Source: Bacteroidia bacterium
GTDB lineage: Bacteria > Bacteroidota > Bacteroidia > M30B66
Assembly (NCBI GenBank): GCA_965279035.1
Contig: OZ257142.1
Location: forward strand, 2,112,001 to 2,176,000
Direction of reading: 5' to 3'
DNA: 64,000 nucleotides
Shown here: in pieces, positions 61,342 through 64,000 of the stretch
How the letters are laid out: each line of letters starts with the position of its first letter
How positions within the stretch are numbered: the first letter of the stretch is position 1
Notes under the pieces: generated by a model
What the model saw: the letters and a program-made list of their open reading frames with translations, nothing else
Told to the model about the DNA's origin: nothing
Databases searched by the model: none
Program-made: the position numbers and the translations under genes

Positions 61342-64000
61342 ATGAATTTCAGATACCTCTTGTTAGTACCTGCGATACTACTTAGTTTCATCGCCAAATC
61401 ACAATCGAATGCCCTAAATTTTGGAGGAGGTAGCGATTTTGTGAATATTAATCCCATGATTCCCTATTCGGGTGATTTTACCTTGGAAACATGGTTTAAT
61501 ACATCAGATCCCAATACAACATTTTTTGCATGGGGCGGTCCTGGAGTCAACAATTACCTCAATTTTGGATTAAATACCGGTAAACCTCGTTTAGCAATTG
61601 GTAATGGTACCTTTATTACCCAATTGGATGGTATTGGTAATTGGAATGATGGTATATGGCATCACCTTGCAGTTACTAAAACAGCATCTACGGTTTTGTT
61701 TTATGTAGATGGTTTAGCATCGGGTAGTGGTGTCGTTACTAATTCAGCTGGAGCTTATTCTTATTCAAGCATCGGGGCGGGATTATTTAATAATCTCATG
61801 CAAGGCTTTGCTCCACTAAGTATTGATGAGTTGAAAATTTGGAATGTTGCGAAATCCGCCGTTTACATTTCATCAAATTACAATTGTAACCTAGTAGCAC
61901 CACAACCCAATCTTGTTGCTTATTACACATTTAATCAAGGAATTGCGAATGGTTCTAACATCGGAATAAACACTCTTCTTGATCAAAGCGGGAATAACCG
62001 AAATGGACTTCTAAATAATTTTACTTTAACAGGATCATCCTCGAACTGGGTAAATTCAGGAGCTATTCCACCTACAGGATTCTATCGAACTGTTGCCTCA
62101 GGTAATTGGAGAAATCCTGCTATATGGGAAACAAAAAATGGTAACTGTTGGGTTCCTGCTATTCAATTCCCTGATTTCCATGCTCAAGACATTGAAGTTT
62201 CATCTGGACATACCATTCAAGTCGATTCAGTTATTCAAATAGATCAAACAACAATTCTTTCTGGTGCAACTGTAATCATTGGTATTGCTGGTAATCTAGA
62301 GGTGAAAAATGGTTTTGGGGCAGATTTAACGATTGAAGGAACTCTAAACATCTCTAATGGATTGTTCACTCAAAATACGAGTTCTAACACGATTATATCA
62401 AATAGTGGAATATGCAATTTTGCTCAAGGAACAATGGGCGGTTCAGGTAACATTGATATCAGTAGTGGCACATTTAATATTATTGGCACTAGTCCTAAAA
62501 ACTTCTCTGGAGTTAATACGATATCCAATTTTGGCTTAATTAATTGGGCTACAGGCGCTGGAAACATTACCTTTTCTGGCGGTAATATTACTCTAGTTAA
62601 TAATGGAAACTTCACTATTTCCACTGCTTCTCAGTTGTTCAACAATGGAAATCCAACATCCACTTTCCAAATTCAAAATGCAGGTACACTTACGAAAAAT
62701 AATACAGGTTCTTGCATCTTTGGGGATGGAGTTACGGTAAGCAATACCAATCAAATTCAATTAAATAATGGGAAAATTGAATTTTCAAATGCATCATTTA
62801 TCAATGCAGGTTCTATTAATTGGAATGCTTCAACAACAATTAAAACTACAAATTCAACAGTAGAAATAAACGCTGGGACAAACATCATTGGTGACGGAAA
62901 ATTTGAATTAAATACATCTACAATCAGCATGAGTTCATTGTTAGAAATGCCTACAGGTTCTAGCATTGATATGAATTCTGGAACATGGAATGGTGAGGGT
63001 ACCATTCGAATGCTTGCTAACAGTATTTTTAGTTGGTATGGCGGTAATTTAAGTGGAGCCATCACCACCGAATTACAATCCAATTCAACCATGTTTATTT
63101 ATAGCAATGTGGAACTAACCGAAAATCACGCTATTCAAAATCATGGAACACTTGTATTCGTAGGAGATGCTTCTATTGATTTTCCTGGAGATGCTAGTCA
63201 AGTTACAATTGATAACTACAACAATCTAAACCTAACTACAACGGGAAATATCATAGCCAGTTCAGGAACATTAAATCGACTTACGTTAACCAATAAATCG
63301 GGTGGTGTTATAACTAAATCATCTGGTACAACAGAGTTGGGAGCACAAGTCAAATTTTTCAATGAAGCTGGTTCACAATTAACGATCAATGGAGGAATAC
63401 TAAATATTCAATCACTTGAAAAACTCTTTGAAGGAAATATTCAAGTGAATGAATTTGGATTTCTTGGTGGATCATCTGCAATTGAATTTAAAGGTCAATT
63501 CCTTACCAATTCTGGACATGTTAATTTCCCTGATTTTATCTTTAATGGTGAAATTCAACAAGTAATTAATGGAACCTCACAAGGAGCATTTTCGAATTTG
63601 AGCATCAACAATGGTTTGGATGTGATTTTAGATAATGATATTTTCATCGATAATAATTTAAATCTAATCAGCGGGTTTCTTCGTGGACCTTCTAAAACTG
63701 TTACAGCCGGAACTTTTGCAGATATTCTAAATGGTTCGGTAAATAGTTATTTAGATGCAAAACTCATTCGTGGTTTTGACATTCAACCTACTCAGTTTTT
63801 CCCGATCGGTAGCTCATCAGGTTATACTCCTGTTTCCATCGAAGTTTTTGGGGCTGAAGAAGGTGTTTCAATTATGGCTCAAGCAACTGGAACGGATCAT
63901 CCAGATGCTGCCAATTCAGGATTACAAAGTCAAAAATCAATCAATAGTTATTGGAATATAAATTCGGTTGGTAGCAGCTATGATCATTTGGATGTAACAT
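61342..64000 (+). CDS. Large secreted protein with N-terminal LamG/concanavalin-like domain and G/N/T-rich beta-solenoid-like region; truncated at the window end
   Basis: Not in the ORF track. Manual translation: MNFRYLLLVPAILLSFIAKSQSNALNFGGGSDFVNI...FTLETWF...NDGIWHHLAVTK...FYVDG...IDELKIWNVA...LVAYYTFNQG...SGNWRNPAIW; the frame appears open to the end. Confidence 0.85.
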   Translation, partial: MNFRYLLLVPAILLSFIAKSQSNALNFGGGSDFVNINPMIPYSGDFTLETWFNTSDPNTTFFAWGGPGVNNYLNFGLNTGKPRLAIGNGTFITQLDGIGNWNDGIWHHLAVTKTASTVLFYVDGLASGSGVVTNSAGAYSYSSIGAGLFNNLMQGFAPLSIDELKIWNVAKSAVYISSNYNCNLVAPQPNLVAYYTFNQGIANGSNIGINTLLDQSGNNRNGLLNNFTLTGSSSNWVNSGAIPPTGFYRTVASGNWRNPAIWETKNGNCWVPAIQFPDFHAQDIEVSSGHTIQVDSVIQIDQTTILSGATVIIGIAGNLEVKNGFGADLTIEGTLNISNGLFTQNTSSNTIISNSGICNFAQGTMGGSGNIDISSGTFNIIGTSPKNFSGVNTISNFGLINWATGAGNITFSGGNITLVNNGNFTISTASQLFNNGNPTSTFQIQNAGTLTKNNTGSCIFGDGVTVSNTNQIQLNNGKIEFSNASFINAGSINWNASTTIKTTNSTVEINAGTNIIGDGKFELNTSTISMSSLLEMPTGSSIDMNSGTWNGEGTIRMLANSIFSWYGGNLSGAITTELQSNSTMFIYSNVELTENHAIQNHGTLVFVGDASIDFPGDASQVTIDNYNNLNLTTTGNIIASSGTLNRLTLTNKSGGVITKSSGTTELGAQVKFFNEAGSQLTINGGILNIQSLEKLFEGNIQVNEFGFLGGSSAIEFKGQFLTNSGHVNFPDFIFNGEIQQVINGTSQGAFSNLSINNGLDVILDNDIFIDNNLNLISGFLRGPSKTVTAGTFADILNGSVNSYLDAKLIRGFDIQPTQFFPIGSSSGYTPVSIEVFGAEEGVSIMAQATGTDHPDAANSGLQSQKSINSYWNINSVGSSYDHLDVT

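Noticed and set aside
1230-63961. Many short ORF-track entries antisense or out of frame to long genes
   Set aside because: They are shadow ORFs of well-supported genes and have no motifs of their own.
57029-64000. Genomic island integrated at tRNA-Asp
   Set aside because: The downstream DNA is AT-rich and accessory-looking, but no integrase or duplicated tRNA 3' end is visible in the window.
1-64000. CRISPR array, rRNA or prophage genes
   Set aside because: No regularly spaced direct repeats, rRNA-like sequence or phage genes were seen.

Overview
A Bacteroidota chromosome segment, judged from porX, the lpxC-fabZ fusion, TAnnTTTG promoters and a T9SS C-terminal sorting domain. 1-21.7 kb is core housekeeping: porX, an HD hydrolase, lpxD-lpxC/fabZ-lpxA, hpf, tRNA-Thr/Tyr/Gly/Thr, tuf, tRNA-Trp, secE-nusG-rplKAJL-rpoBC. 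22.7-29.1 kb is a MarR-led beta-oxidation operon interrupted by a four-helix-bundle (IVP/Avd-like) gene bracketed by inverted 7-nt repeat arrays. A candidate ~130-nt four-hairpin sRNA follows, and its exposed loop is complementary to the 5' leader of a large secreted LamG protein gene 32 kb away. About 32.4-46.2 kb is very AT-rich with graded edges; it holds two GT-C-like membrane proteins, a neutral ceramidase homologue missing two Zn-ligand histidines, a propeller/Y_Y_Y/PP2C sensor, an AddB-like nuclease and a TlpA/DUF5106 protein. The rest contains an intact IS4-family element, glpK, envelope genes, a GMC oxidoreductase, folA-thyA, tRNA-Asp, secreted proteins and a ~390-bp MITE with a structured internal insert. 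All calls come from reading the sequence by eye and recognising motifs; no database searches or folding programs were run.
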